A stretch of DNA of 64,000 bases from the NCBI RefSeq assembly GCF_001194135.2, contig NC_068990.1, forward strand, positions 1,309,013 to 1,373,012, read 5' to 3'. The position numbers and the translations under genes are program-made. How positions within the stretch are numbered: position 1 is the stretch's first letter; each line of letters starts with the position of its first letter. Below are positions 1 through 10,574 of this stretch, one piece after another. The DNA comes from Octopus bimaculoides. Its lineage: Eukaryota. A model generated the notes under the pieces. That model had not been told where the DNA came from, ran no database searches, and saw only the letters and a program-made list of their open reading frames with translations.

Positions 1-342
1 TACATATGTATGTATGAGTGTGTGTGTATGTGTGTGTGTGTGTGTGTGTAAATGTGCATTAATATCTACATTCCACATATCTTCACATGGTTGCGTTAAA
101 TGGTGATATCATGTTTACATCCCAGTTAACAATATGCCCTGTAGCTCTGCACATTTGGAGTCTAATGGAGTAAAAAATCTCTTCATTATAAAACAAATAA
201 GAGTTGGTAACAGGAAGGAAATCCAGTGATAAAACATTGCCTCACAGTTTCTTCATCTAACCTATACTGTGTGCAAAAGCAGATGAAGTAAAAGCTGTAA
301 AAACGAATAAGTAAATCATATATATATGCATTTATATATATT

Positions 343-384
<42 letters not shown>

Positions 385-599
385 NNNNNNNNNNNNNNNN
401 NNNNNNNNNNNNNNNNNNNNNNNNNNNNNNNNNNNNNNNNNNNNNNNNNNNNNNNNNNNNNNNNNNNNNNNNNNNNNNNNNNNNNNNNNNNNNNNNNNNN
501 NNNNNNNNNNNNNNNNNNNNNNNNNNNNNNNNNNNNNNNNNNNNNNNNNNNNNNNNNNNNNNNNNNNNNNNNNNNNNNNNNNNNNNNNTCTGGGCCACC

Positions 600-1080
600 T
601 TCCATCTAGAACACTGGTGGTTAATTCGGTGTTTTCCCACCCTTAGCTTTGAGGATAGCCTCCTCTCTTGTGGACATACTTTCAGTCAAGTGGTGGAAGG
701 CAGCCCATTCTTTGTGGGATGCCAAAATGAGCAAGTGTATCGATGTGGATCTGTGTGATTTAGCATGAAACCAGTATTCCAAAACATCCCAGAGATGTTC
801 AATGAGATTTAAATCAGATCTCTGTGCAGGCCAGTCCATTTGTGGGATGTGGTTGTCATCAAGCTACTCCCCTACAATCCCTGCAGTATGGACTGGTCCT
901 TGGTCAGGTTGAAAGGCACAATGGTCCTCTCCAAACTGGTCTTTGACAGTAGACAATACGAAAGTGGTTAAAATGTCATGACAGTGCCATATACAGCAGC
1001 AAGGGATCCAAGGCCCCTCCAGGAGAAACACAATCACACCATGACCCCGCCACTGCTGAATTTCACAGTCGGCACTATAC
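600..1080 (-). mobile_element. Decayed Tc1-family transposase fragment (DDE domain C-terminal part)
   Basis: ORF 621-839 reads DWPAQRSDLNLIEHLWD (Tc1 WPxQSPDLNPIEHLW). Upstream frames give IVPTVKFSSGGVMV*LCFS (TVKHGGGSVMVWGCF motif). Confidence 0.85.
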
Positions 1081-1084
1081 AGTT

Positions 1085-1392
1085 CTATATTTAAGAGATG
1101 AGGAATTATTTACATTATTTACATTATTTACATTCGACAGATATTTGTCCTCATCGTGTTTGTTGGGGAAATTTCGAACCTGGGTTCTCATTCCTAAGGT
1201 ATTTTTCAAAGTTGTTGTTGTTGTTGCTGTTGTTGCTGCTGCTGCTGTTGCTGCTGCTGCTGCCGCTGTTGTTGTTGTTGTTCAGGTCACTGCTTGGAAT
1301 CAAACTCGGAATCTTGAGGTTAGTAGCTCATGCTTTTAACCACTACACCATATACCCATGGGCATATGGCGTAGTGGTTAAGAGCGCGGGCT
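1085..1392. mobile_element. tRNA-headed repeat arranged as a head-to-head inverted pair: full copy on the - strand, second head on + truncated by a mariner fragment
   Basis: The - strand reads GGTGTAGTGGTTAAAAGCATGAGCTACTAACCTCAAGATTCCGAGTTTGATTCC (A box, anticodon arm, B box). The + strand reads GGCGTAGTGGTTAAGAGCGCGGGCT. The palindrome centre is CCCATGGG at 1355-1362. Confidence 0.7.
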
Positions 1393-1817
1393 TTGAAGGA
1401 AAAAAGACCTGCTTTAATGAATCGAAAAGGAGTGATGTTTCATCAGGACAATGCGTGACCCCACACTGCAAAGATCACATCACAGAAGATCGAAGAGTTT
1501 GGTTGGGAAAAAATTCCTCATCCACCTTATTCTCCCAACCTTGCTTCTTCAGACTACCATTTGTTTTGTAGTTTACAGAATCATTTGTGGCACATAACTT
1601 TTGCAGGCCAGGAGGAGATTGAAACTGACATTTCTGAGTTCTTTGCTTTGAAACCAAAAGAGTTTTACATTGAGTGGATTAAAAAGCTTGTAAAAAGATG
1701 GAAAGATGTCATAGATAATGAGGGAAAGTACATTGATGATTAAATTTCAATTCAATATAGCATTTGATCACTTGTTTTCTTTATTCAAAATTTGGACAGA
1801 ACTACTTATGGGATGAC

Positions 1818-1821
<4 letters not shown>
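1393..1821 (+). mobile_element. Mariner transposase 3' fragment with right TIR
   Basis: Reads LKEKRPALMNRKGVMFHQDNA*PHTAK and YSPNLASSDYHLFCSLQNHL. It ends TTATGGGATGACCTGA+TA, the same terminus as the copy ending at 39884. Confidence 0.9.
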
Positions 1822-1849
<28 letters not shown>

Positions 1850-2234
1850 NNNNNNNNNNNNNNNNNNNNNNNNNNNNNNNNNNNNNNNNNNNNNNNNNNN
1901 NNNNNNNNNNNNNNNNNNNNNNNNNNNNNNNNNNNNNNNNNNNNNNNNNNNNNNNNNNNNNNNNNNNNNNNNNNNNNNNNNNNNNNNNNNNNNNNNNNNN
2001 NNNNNNNNNNNNNNNNNNNNNNNNNNNNNNNNNNNNNNNNNNNNNNNNNNNNNNNNNNNNNNNNNNNNNNNNNNNNNNNNNNNNNNNNNNNNNNNNNNNN
2101 NNNNNNNNNNNNNNNNNNNNNNNNNNNNNNNNNNNNNNNNNNNNAATGCCAGAGCTTGTCTACTTGTCTGTCTGTCTGTCTGTCTGCCTATATACATAAA
2201 AGTTTGTGCATATTTACAAATACATTTCTGTATG

Positions 2235-2288
<54 letters not shown>

Positions 2289-2643
2289 TCTACTTGTATA
2301 TTTTGTATTTAAAAAAAATTTTTTGTAAAGTATTTGTCAGCTTCAGGCTGTGTAGGTTAGATATAAAATACGGTTGAGATATGAAATATATGTGAGATAT
2401 TAAATTTAGATTTTTTGCCACAAAATATACAAGATACGAAATATGGGTTAGATATGATATGTGTTAGATAAAAACTTAGTTGAGTTACAAAACACAGAGC
2501 AGGCATAATATATATGTGAGGTATAAAATATAGGTTACACATAAAAAAAAATATATATATATATACATGTATATATGTATAAATGTATATATAGATATGC
2601 ATATGCATATATATACATATATATGTTTATCTATCTATCTATC

Positions 2644-2700
<57 letters not shown>

Positions 2701-2954
2701 CAACTGTATTGTTTCTCTTGTGGTATGAACAGTTGCCCTATTTTGCTGGAACCATGTTTGAAGTCTACTTTGAATGGCCTTCATGTTCCCCAGACTTGAC
2801 TACAGTATGTGCGTGAGTTTATATTAGGGAAGGGGGTGTGTGTGGAAAAAAGTCTATTGGGTGTGTGTCCATTGTGTGAGTACATGTGTGTTTGTGGGTG
2901 CACTGAGAATTTCCCTTAGCTGTGCACCCAATTTAAAAAGAGATTTTAGTAGCT

Positions 2955-3170
2955 AGGTCCACTCATGAGACAGAGGCAAGATGCTCATGTAGGGGTAGCA
3001 CAACATGTCCACTGAATGGCCACTGTAACAAGGAGACCATCATATATGAGGCAGAAGTAACAGCAATAGGACCAAATGGGCAACCAAACATGTGAAAGTA
3101 TGTAGGAACAACTGAAGGCTCCTTCAAAAACCACTTAAAATATTAAAAAGCTATTCTGTAAGTCTCTTCA
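2955..3170 (+). mobile_element. Penelope-like element GIY-YIG endonuclease fragment
   Basis: Reads RCSCRGSTTCPLNGHCNKETIIYEAEV...KYVGTTEGSFKN, matching the PLE C-x-C-x4-CPLxGxC...IY...YVGxTE-xFK pattern. Confidence 0.8.
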
Positions 3171-3174
3171 TGTA

Positions 3175-3370
3175 GTTTATCGAGGGATCTTCTCTTGTCT
3201 TTCTGTAGAACTGGTATAAGTCTTGGTTCAGCTTGAATGTCCCCTAGGATTTTTCTTGATAATTCTGCAATCTGTGATAGCAGATTCTGGGCTCTTTCCT
3301 TGCCATGTTGTATGTATAATAATCGTCCACATGCTGTGTAGTAAACTTGATTTGTGTGTTTGGTTACTGC
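3175..3370 (-). mobile_element. Probable Penelope-like RT C-terminal fragment, inverted relative to the adjacent endonuclease fragment
   Basis: Reads ILGTFKLNQDLYQFYRKTREDPSINY, resembling PLE FLDVTFNL..Y.PYRKPND.PLYI. Confidence 0.5.
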
Positions 3371-5616
3371 TGTGATCTTTTCAAAAAGTTTTGTTGCAGT
3401 TACTCAAAGAATATAACCATTTCTGTTACCAATCTTGTTTTAATGACACAAATTATAGGGAATAGTATTCATTATCAAGTAGAATGAATAGTCTTCTGTG
3501 CCAATGTGTCTGCATTTGGTGCGATATTTTGTATGTATGTTTAAATCTTAAGGAAACGTCTGTGAAAATAGTGCTCTTCAAGCAATTAGTTTGCACACGA
3601 AGTCTCCCTTCTCACTATTCTACCAGAAACTGAAGAAGCTCACTGGAAACTGCTAGAAAAAAAAAAAGAAGCAAAAATTATTTACAAGTTAAAAATATTG
3701 ATAAAAAGTATTTTTAAAAAATTGTAATATAAAGAAGAAAAAAAATGAATGCAATGATTTGTGTTGGGGAGCAATCTAACCCATCATTCTCTACCTCTGT
3801 CAAATGTATAAATGATGTTGTCTCTATGTTAAAAAATGTTACCCTTTCATAATTGTGTATTTCTGTTGAAACTTACAGCCTACGTGTTTTGATTGATTTT
3901 GAAAACAATAACAAATTTAAAAGGATTACCTGAAATATCTAATACTGTAAAAGTGTTTATTTGTTTGCATTCTTTTTATTTTTTGTTTTTGGAAGAAACT
4001 ACAACAATGCAAATTGTGCTATAAATAATAGTGCCTTATATTTCAGGTAAAATACCCCTTGATGATGGCACAAAAAACAAAAAAAACAAAAGAAAAGCGA
4101 ATAGAATTGCCAATGAGAGTCAAACCATTTCCACTGTAACAGCTTATTTAACAAATAAAATGAAGAAAAACAAAACAAGCTTATTTTCAAATTTCTCAAT
4201 GCATCTAGAGAAACAAAAAGAAAAAATGAAACAATTTAATATTTTGTTTATAAAATAGTGTTTGGAACATTAAAAAAAAAAAAAAGGCTCTAAAACAAAA
4301 TTACGGTGGAAAGGGTTTAATAAAAGCATAAATGGTTTAAACATGGAGTCTTGAATTATAAAAGGTTGTCTCAGGTGGTTTGGCATCTAAAGGGTTTCAC
4401 GTAGCAGCAATTTATTGTGTATGTTTTAGCATTTGGATATTTTTTTAAAGATACTTTTGTTTTTATTTTTGTTCCCGCCAGGCAAATGTTGCATTTAAAA
4501 TTGAGTTTCTGAAGTCTCCTTCCAAGACAAGTTGTACAAATGTGTTTCTGTTACCTGAGAAAAATGGTGTCATTCTACCTATGAGCAATTTCAACATACC
4601 TGTGAGTAATACATATATATATATATTTTTTATACATGCATATACATACGTATACATATGTATACATATGTATGTATGTATACACATGCACACACACAGA
4701 TACTTATATACATATATGCACACACACACACACACACATACACACACATGCATATTGGAAATGCAAAAGAAACATTCTGGCTTATTACAGATAGCTTTCT
4801 CTGCTGTTTTTGCTGTTGTTTGTGTTGTTACTGTTGATATTATTATTTTTTTAAATTTGTTGTTGTCTCTTTGAAACTGATGGTTCTGCCAAGTCAGACG
4901 TTATTCACATGTAGCACTGCATTTCTTCTTTATCTTTGGACTACTACTCCCTGCTCCCCCCTCTCTCTCTCTCTCTCTCTGTATTTCTTCTTATTTCTTG
5001 TAGTCTTATTTCTGTCCACTGCTTTCTTCCACCTTGATCTATCTACTTCACCACCTCCTTCCCTCCTCCTTCAATCCTGCCCCTCTCCTCCCACTCATCC
5101 TCACACCTCTTGTCTCCTCCTCCCCCCTATTGCCCTCCCCTTCCACAACATCATCCTCATCGTTTTTGTCATCTTTAGCCACTTTTTTTTTACCAATCTT
5201 TAGATTGCTNNNNNNNNNNNNNNNNNNNNNNNNNNNNNNNNNNNNNNNNNNNNNNNNNNNNNNNNNNNNNNNNNNNNNNNNNNNNNNNNNNNNNNNNNNN
5301 NNNNNNNNNNNNNNNNNNNNNNNNNNNNNNNNNNNNNNNNNNNNNNNNNNNNNNNNNNNNNNNNNNNNNNNNNNNNNNNNNNNNNNNNNNNNNNNNNNNN
5401 NNNNNNNNNNNNNNNNNNNNNNNNNNNNNNNNNNNNNNNNNNNNNNNNNNNNNNNNNNNNNNNNNNNNNNNNNNNNNNNNNNNNNNNNNNNNNNNNNNNN
5501 NNNNNNNNNNNNNNNCTGCCTGGTACTGCATCCTGGCATTTGAGAGCCACTGCCTGGTACTGCATCTGGAATTTATTATTATTATTATTATTATTATCAT
5601 TATTATTATTTTTAAA

Positions 5617-5835
5617 GGCTGCAAGCTGCCAGAATCATTAGCCTGCCGGGCAAAATGCTTAGTGGTATTTCATCTGCCGTTACATTCTGAGTTCAACTTC
5701 TGCTGAGGTTGACATAGCCTTTTGGGGGATTGATAAAATTAGTACCAGTTATGCACTAGGGTCAATGTAATCGACTTAATCTCTTCCCTCAAATATGAGG
5801 CCTTGTGCTTCCCGTAGAAAGGATTATTATTATTA
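5617..5835 (+). mobile_element. tRNA-derived SINE family A (Meta/MESC-core-like). Other copies at about 7655-7866(-), 8535-8750(-), 15545-15644 plus 16041-16085(-), 17620-17835(+), 19355-19570(+), 31410-31590(+) and 60890-61105(-)
   Basis: Shared GCTGGCAGAA..TTAGC..CCGGGCAAAATGCTTAG head, TTCTGAGTTCAAATTC B box and GTCGACTTTGCCTTTCATCCTTTCGGGGTCGATAAA..AGTACCAG core, visible in many diverged copies. Confidence 0.8.
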
Positions 5836-6569
5836 TTTTTTAATGGCTTAGATAGAGAAGACAGCTACCATTTTGCTAGAAATCATTATAATTTATGTTT
5901 TAACAAGATTATGTCTGAAATTTTGATTTAGATATGACCCAGTCGTAGGCCAATTGATGTTACAAAAATTGAAGAAAAATACAAACCTAAACTGGAAAAT
6001 TTAGTCCGAGATAGTCATAGACACACATGCTCTAGCAACATCTGAATTCAAAATTCAAGAATAGAGAAAAGAAATGGACAATGGTAATGGTCTCTGTTGA
6101 TGAAACATCTTTGATGATCAAATATCTGCTCAATCACTTCAGCTTTGGCATTGAACAACAATCACAACAACAACAATAGCAACAACGATAACATTATCTT
6201 CTTTTTATGTTTTCTTAATTAAAAAAACAAACAAAACAAAAAAGCAAATAAAAAACAAAAAAAAAGACTAATTACAATGCTACTGCCTATTGTCCATTCA
6301 TAACTGTAAACATTGATCTACTGGCCATCGAAACCCTCCCACCCGTTAAATTTTTAATTACGTAGCCATTATTACTATGAAAGAAATGGTTGTTTGGAAG
6401 GAAAAAATAATTAATTCCATGCTTTTTTTATATTGTTAGAATTTCTATGAGAATTCTTCAGCTGTTTTACGGGGTAAAGTGTGCACTTTGGAAGAAAATA
6501 ACAATTGTTCTTTCGCAGTCATGATTTTGTTTTCCTTACCCTAACCCTAACCCAGGCTCCTACTTCCTA

Positions 6570-6826
6570 ACTCTCTCTCTCTCTCTCTACCTGCCTCTCT
6601 TGCTACCTACCTCTCTCTTTCCCCTCCTCTCTCTTTATCCTCCTCTCTCTTTATCCTCCTCTCTCTTTATCCTCTTCTCTCTCTCTTTATCTCCTTCTCT
6701 CTTTATCTGCCTCTTTTCCCCTTCTCTCTCCCTTCGCTTTCTTCCTTTCTCTTTCCCCCTTCTCTCTTGCTTCTCCTCTCTCTATCTCCCTCTATCTCCC
6801 TCTATCTTTACCTCTATTTATACCCT

Positions 6827-6867
<41 letters not shown>

Positions 6868-6922
6868 CTCCTTTCTCCCTTTCTTTCTTTCTTTCTTTCT
6901 CCCTTTCTTTCATTCTTTCTAC

Positions 6923-6960
<38 letters not shown>

Positions 6961-7356
6961 CACTCTATCTTTCTCCTTCTGCCTGTCTCTCTTTCTCTTT
7001 CTGCCTGTCTCTCTTTCTTTTCCCCTCTTCCCTCCTCTCCCCTTTGTTTCTTACTCTTTCCCTCTCTTCTTCAAATATGTAAAGCAGACATAAATTTAAA
7101 TGTGTAGGTAGCTTTATGTTTGCATGTGCAATTGTGTTTCTGTATGCTGGTATGTGTGTGTGTATGTATGTTTGTGTGTGTGTGTGTGCTTTTGTATGTG
7201 CATGAGTGTCGATATGTAGGCTGTTTGCATGTTCTATGTATCTGTACATGAATGTTTGTGTATCTGCATGTATGTGTGTTTGTATTTGTATATATGTGTG
7301 TGTGTGTGTGTGTGTTTATGTGTTTGTGTGTGTGTGCGTATGTGTGTTTGTGTGTT

Positions 7357-7394
<38 letters not shown>

Positions 7395-7400
7395 CGCTCG
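6570..7400. repeat. Polypyrimidine (CT/CTTT) tract followed by (TG)n simple repeats
   Basis: Directly visible. It explains ORFs 6600-7082 and 7071-7409. Confidence 0.95.
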
Positions 7401-8100
7401 TGCTATCACAAACTATTCAGACATTTTATCCAGGAATTATTTCTTGTGTCTCCATTTTGATCCATGTTTTTTTCCCATTTTTACATGAAGATAGAAATTG
7501 ATGGTCAGAAGTGGAGAGGAGACTGGACTTCCAGTAGCTTCCACTGGTCATTGGATTCCTATCTTCTTAGCTACTCTACATTACTCACTTTGCCTAACTG
7601 CAAGTAGGTACTGCTGTCTTATGAGTGTGTGTATGTGCGTATTATATATATACTTTTCTACTCTAGGCACAAGGCTTGAAATTTTGGGGGAGGGGGCCAA
7701 TCGATTAGATCGATCCCAGTACACAGCTGGTACTTAATTTATCGACCCCGAAAAGATGAAAGGCAAAGTTGACCTCGGTGGAATTTGAACTCAGAACGAA
7801 AAGACAGACGAAATACCGCTGAGCATTTTGCCCGGCGTGCTAATGATTCTGCCAGCTTGCTGCCTTGTGCGTATAATATATATATCATACATGAATGTGG
7901 CTGCATGGTAAGAAGCTTGCTTCTTAACCACATGGTTCCTGGTTCAGTTCCACTGTGTGGAACCTTCAGCATGTGTCTTCTACTATATATATAGGCACAG
8001 ACAAGAGTATGCAGTAAGGAGTTTGCTTCCCAAACACATAATGCCAGGGTCAGTCCTACTGTGTGACATCTTGGAGAAGTGTCTTCTACTTTATCTATCG

Positions 8101-8237
<137 letters not shown>

Positions 8238-9380
8238 TGTATTTAAGTATGTATGTACATATGTATGAATGTGTGTTTGTATGTATGCATTTACCTTGGT
8301 GGCAAGTACCATGCTTTCACTAATTGCTTTAGGTTCCTAACTCATTCTCAACCTTCTGACCCTTGATCCAAAAAAGCATCCAGGATGTGACAGTGGGAGG
8401 GAAGGAGAAAAAACTGCACATGTAATTGAAAGGGTCTCAATTTCAGCTGAGTCGGCTGGGGATAATACGAAATAAAGAGCCTTTTAGTGAAAGATACAAA
8501 GCTCCACTAGGTCCATCAAAGAATCCTGTAATAATGGTTTCAACTATAGGCACAAGGCCAGCAATTTCAAAGAAGTGGGTAAGTTGATTACATTGATCCT
8601 AGTGCTCAACTGGTATCTATTTTATCGACCCTGAAAGAATGAAAGACAAAGCTGGCCTTAGCGGAATTTGAACTCAGAAAGTGAAGAAAGACGAACTATC
8701 ACTAATCATTTTGCTCGTCATGCTAATGACTCTGCCAGTTTGCTGCCTCATTGAAACTTGTAATGTTATGATCCTCTGGTTAGCACCCTAGTCACCAGGT
8801 CACATGCCCTCACGCACTCATCTATTATTAACATTTTACATCCACTTGATGCTAACATGAGTAGGATAGCTTTTCTGAGAAAGTGCTGTTTTACTGGAAA
8901 CCCTTCCTGTTACTGACCCATTTTGTTACCTCTTTTGGCACTCACAAAGAAGTCATGTATCTTTTCCAAAACCAGAATACATGAACATGAATGAATGAGA
9001 GATATACTGATAAACAGACAATGTGAAAGAATAGGAAATAATCAATAAATTCTGAATTATTGAACACTAGCTTTTCTTCAGTACGTTCGTAACAATTCTC
9101 TTCCAATAATTGAAATTTTGAAGTTAATTTAAATCATAATATTCATATGCTGTTGTATATTTAGGACTTAGAAAATGTGTTCAAACAACAAATCCCCACA
9201 GACGCCCATCACAGAGTGAACAGCACAGCATATTTTCTAAGTAGTGCTGCTGAATATTCCCCTGGCGTTGCCTTTCAAGATTTTAACTGTAACTTGTTTG
9301 AAAATGGAGTTAATTATCTTTTTGAATGAAATTATACTGAGTGTCCTAAATTAAATTACAGTGTTTGAAATTATTTTCAG

Positions 9381-9489
9381 ATTCATTTCACTCCTGATAT
9401 TGTTAATTCACCAATAATTGAATATTTCTGTGTGGTACCGCATGGTCATATATCAGGAAATGTTATCAAATGTGTTGGCTATTCAGAAG
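9381..9489 (+). CDS. CFAP65: Internal coding exon (109 nt, phase 0 to 1) of a probable CFAP65/CCDC108 orthologue: IHFTPDIVNSPIIEYFCVVPHGHISGNVIKCVGYSE(G)
   Basis: Acceptor ttattttcag ends at 9380 and donor GAAG|gtaagc starts at 9490. Only one frame is open. The peptide aligns, from memory, to human CFAP65 VFFHPKTLDTRTVDYCSIMPSGCASKTLLKVVGFCRG (F-P, Y, P-G, K-vG). Confidence 0.78.
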
Positions 9490-10069
9490 GTAAGCCATAA
9501 TTAAACATGATTTTATGGTTCTTTTATCATCGTCTGTTGCAATAGCTGTAGTCAACTTGTCTCCATATATTCAATTCCAATCTTCTAAAACATGATTTCT
9601 TCATATTTTATTGGGTGGTTGATGGCTATTTTGTAGAGATCTTTATATATATCTTTGCTAATATCTTCTGCATTTGCTTAGATAAATGAATTTGTTTGTT
9701 AGTTTTACACTTGTTTTCATTGTTTTTCTTTTTTTTTTTTCTTTGGTCCCTACTTGCATAAGTTGGACAAGTACATTTTATTGAGGCATTGTTTTCACAT
9801 CTGAATGCTCTTCCTGTCATTAACCCTCCTTTGTTTTACAAGCAAGAGAATTTTCATTCCATTCATCTTTAGAAGTTCACAGCTTCTGCTGAGTAATTTG
9901 TCAACAAAGAAATGTCAACAAATGCCCCGTCTGTAGCTTGGTGATTTTCATGTGAAGTGCAGAATGTGAACATTCACACAGACACACAAATGCACTCATG
10001 CTTTCTCTTTCCCTTTCCCTCATACACACATATGCATGCACACATGCTTGTATGCACACACACACACAC

Positions 10070-10108
<39 letters not shown>

Positions 10109-10388
10109 TACACACACATATGACAAGGCTCTGTACAGTCTCTGGCTAACAAATTCACTCAATAGTTATTCGTTGATCAGAGTTTATAGTTGAAGACTCT
10201 TGTGCAGAGCACTGTACAACAGGACTGAACCTGTAGCCATCTGGTTTTGAAGTGAACTTCTCAATAACACAGCCATTCTTGGACCTATACTTTCCATAAT
10301 CTGGTTTTTGCTTTAGTAGAACTTGGATAGTGAAGTTGACAACCAAACAAGACCTTATAAATTTTGTCACTGAGACCAACATGTTTAA

Positions 10389-10574
10389 CCCTTCAGCATT
10401 CAGATTAATCTGAATTAATCATGCATTTTTTTGTAGCTTTGACGTTTAATGATGAGATTGTTTATGATTTGAACGATATTGTAGAGTATGTGTAAGAGGC
10501 CAGATCTGGCCAGTTTGAACATAAAACAAGCTGAACATTTTGGGCCAGATATAATTGGTTTAAATGCTAAAGGG
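10389..10574. mobile_element. piggyBac-type MITE. Relatives at 22082-22301 and about 45770-45985
   Basis: TTAA|CCCTTCAGCATT ... AATGCTAAAGGG|TTAC gives inverted termini beginning CCC with a TTAA-like target. The copies share an internal ATCTGGCCAGTTT motif. Confidence 0.7.

Noticed and set aside
1325-1392. Functional tRNA gene
   Set aside because: The acceptor stem is not complementary and the head continues into a repeat body, so it is a tRNA-derived element rather than a tRNA.
6538-6553. CCCTAACCCTAACCC telomere-like repeat
   Set aside because: Only about 2.5 units next to a CT tract, which is expected by chance.
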